This document shows positions 63,630-64,000 of a stretch of 64,000 nt of DNA, in pieces. Within the stretch, counting starts at the first letter, position 1. Each line of letters starts with the position of its first letter. Origin of the DNA: Hydrolagus affinis (lineage: Eukaryota). A program made the position numbers and the translations under genes. Location of the stretch: contig JAAILG010000013.1 of assembly GCA_012026655.1 (NCBI GenBank), forward strand, positions 1 through 64,000. Reading direction: 5' to 3'. Below the pieces are notes generated by a model that worked only from the letters and a program-made list of their open reading frames with translations, did no database searches and had not been told where the DNA came from.

Positions 63630-63900
63630 CAACGTATGGTATCCCTTTGGACACTGGCACCATCTCTAGTATCACACCCATGTTCTCATTCTTCACATGT
63701 GAGCCTGGACACTCAGTGAGCATCAGTGGACTATTAGACCATGAAAAGCATCGCATAGCTATACTCGGTCCTATTTTTGTTACACACACAATGTCTGCGC
63801 ACAAGCATTTTCCAGCTGGACTGATAGCACAGTGTTTAAGAGTAAGAATCCTGGCTGAATTTTCTGTTCCCAGCCCAGTGTGATAAACTCCAGTGGAGTC
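63630..63900 (-). mobile_element. Ancient vertebrate SINE-like repeat (family name uncertain)
   Basis: ATTCTTCACATGTGAGCCTGGACA..CCTGGCTGAATTTTC..CCCAGCCCAG resembles an old conserved SINE recalled from memory. Related degraded pieces at about 60735-60930, 11085-11220 and 10170-10250. Confidence 0.55.
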
Positions 63901-64000
63901 TGCCTTCCTGCAGGCTGGCTCATAACCTGCCAACCTGGCACAATATCCATCCTCAGACTTTCTGTATGTGTCGGTCCAGGTAAAACACTGGATTCAAAAC

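Overview
Vertebrate genomic DNA with four 100-N scaffold gaps; the repeat content suggests a cartilaginous fish, possibly a chimaera such as Callorhinchus (inference). The only supportable protein-coding gene is a + strand znf217 orthologue (C2H2 zinc-finger CtBP/CoREST co-repressor). Its coding exons are 23465-25325, 27714-(gap at 27747), 28046-29749 and 34409-34515. A 3'-UTR intron starts at 34539, a likely poly(A) signal lies at 38579, and a candidate upstream exon lies at 185-341. The rest is intron or intergenic DNA dense in tRNA-derived SINEs, L2 and CR1 3' ends, Deu-domain SINE relics and a TA-flanked Tc1/mariner MITE family, with several enhancer-like blocks. I found no evidence for a new multi-gene system. 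The best leads are an extra N-terminal zinc-finger pair in this ZNF217, a possible in-frame 6-codon first exon, 59-bp stem-loop-only retroposon insertions with target-site duplications, and a Pbx-Hox/Meis motif cluster.
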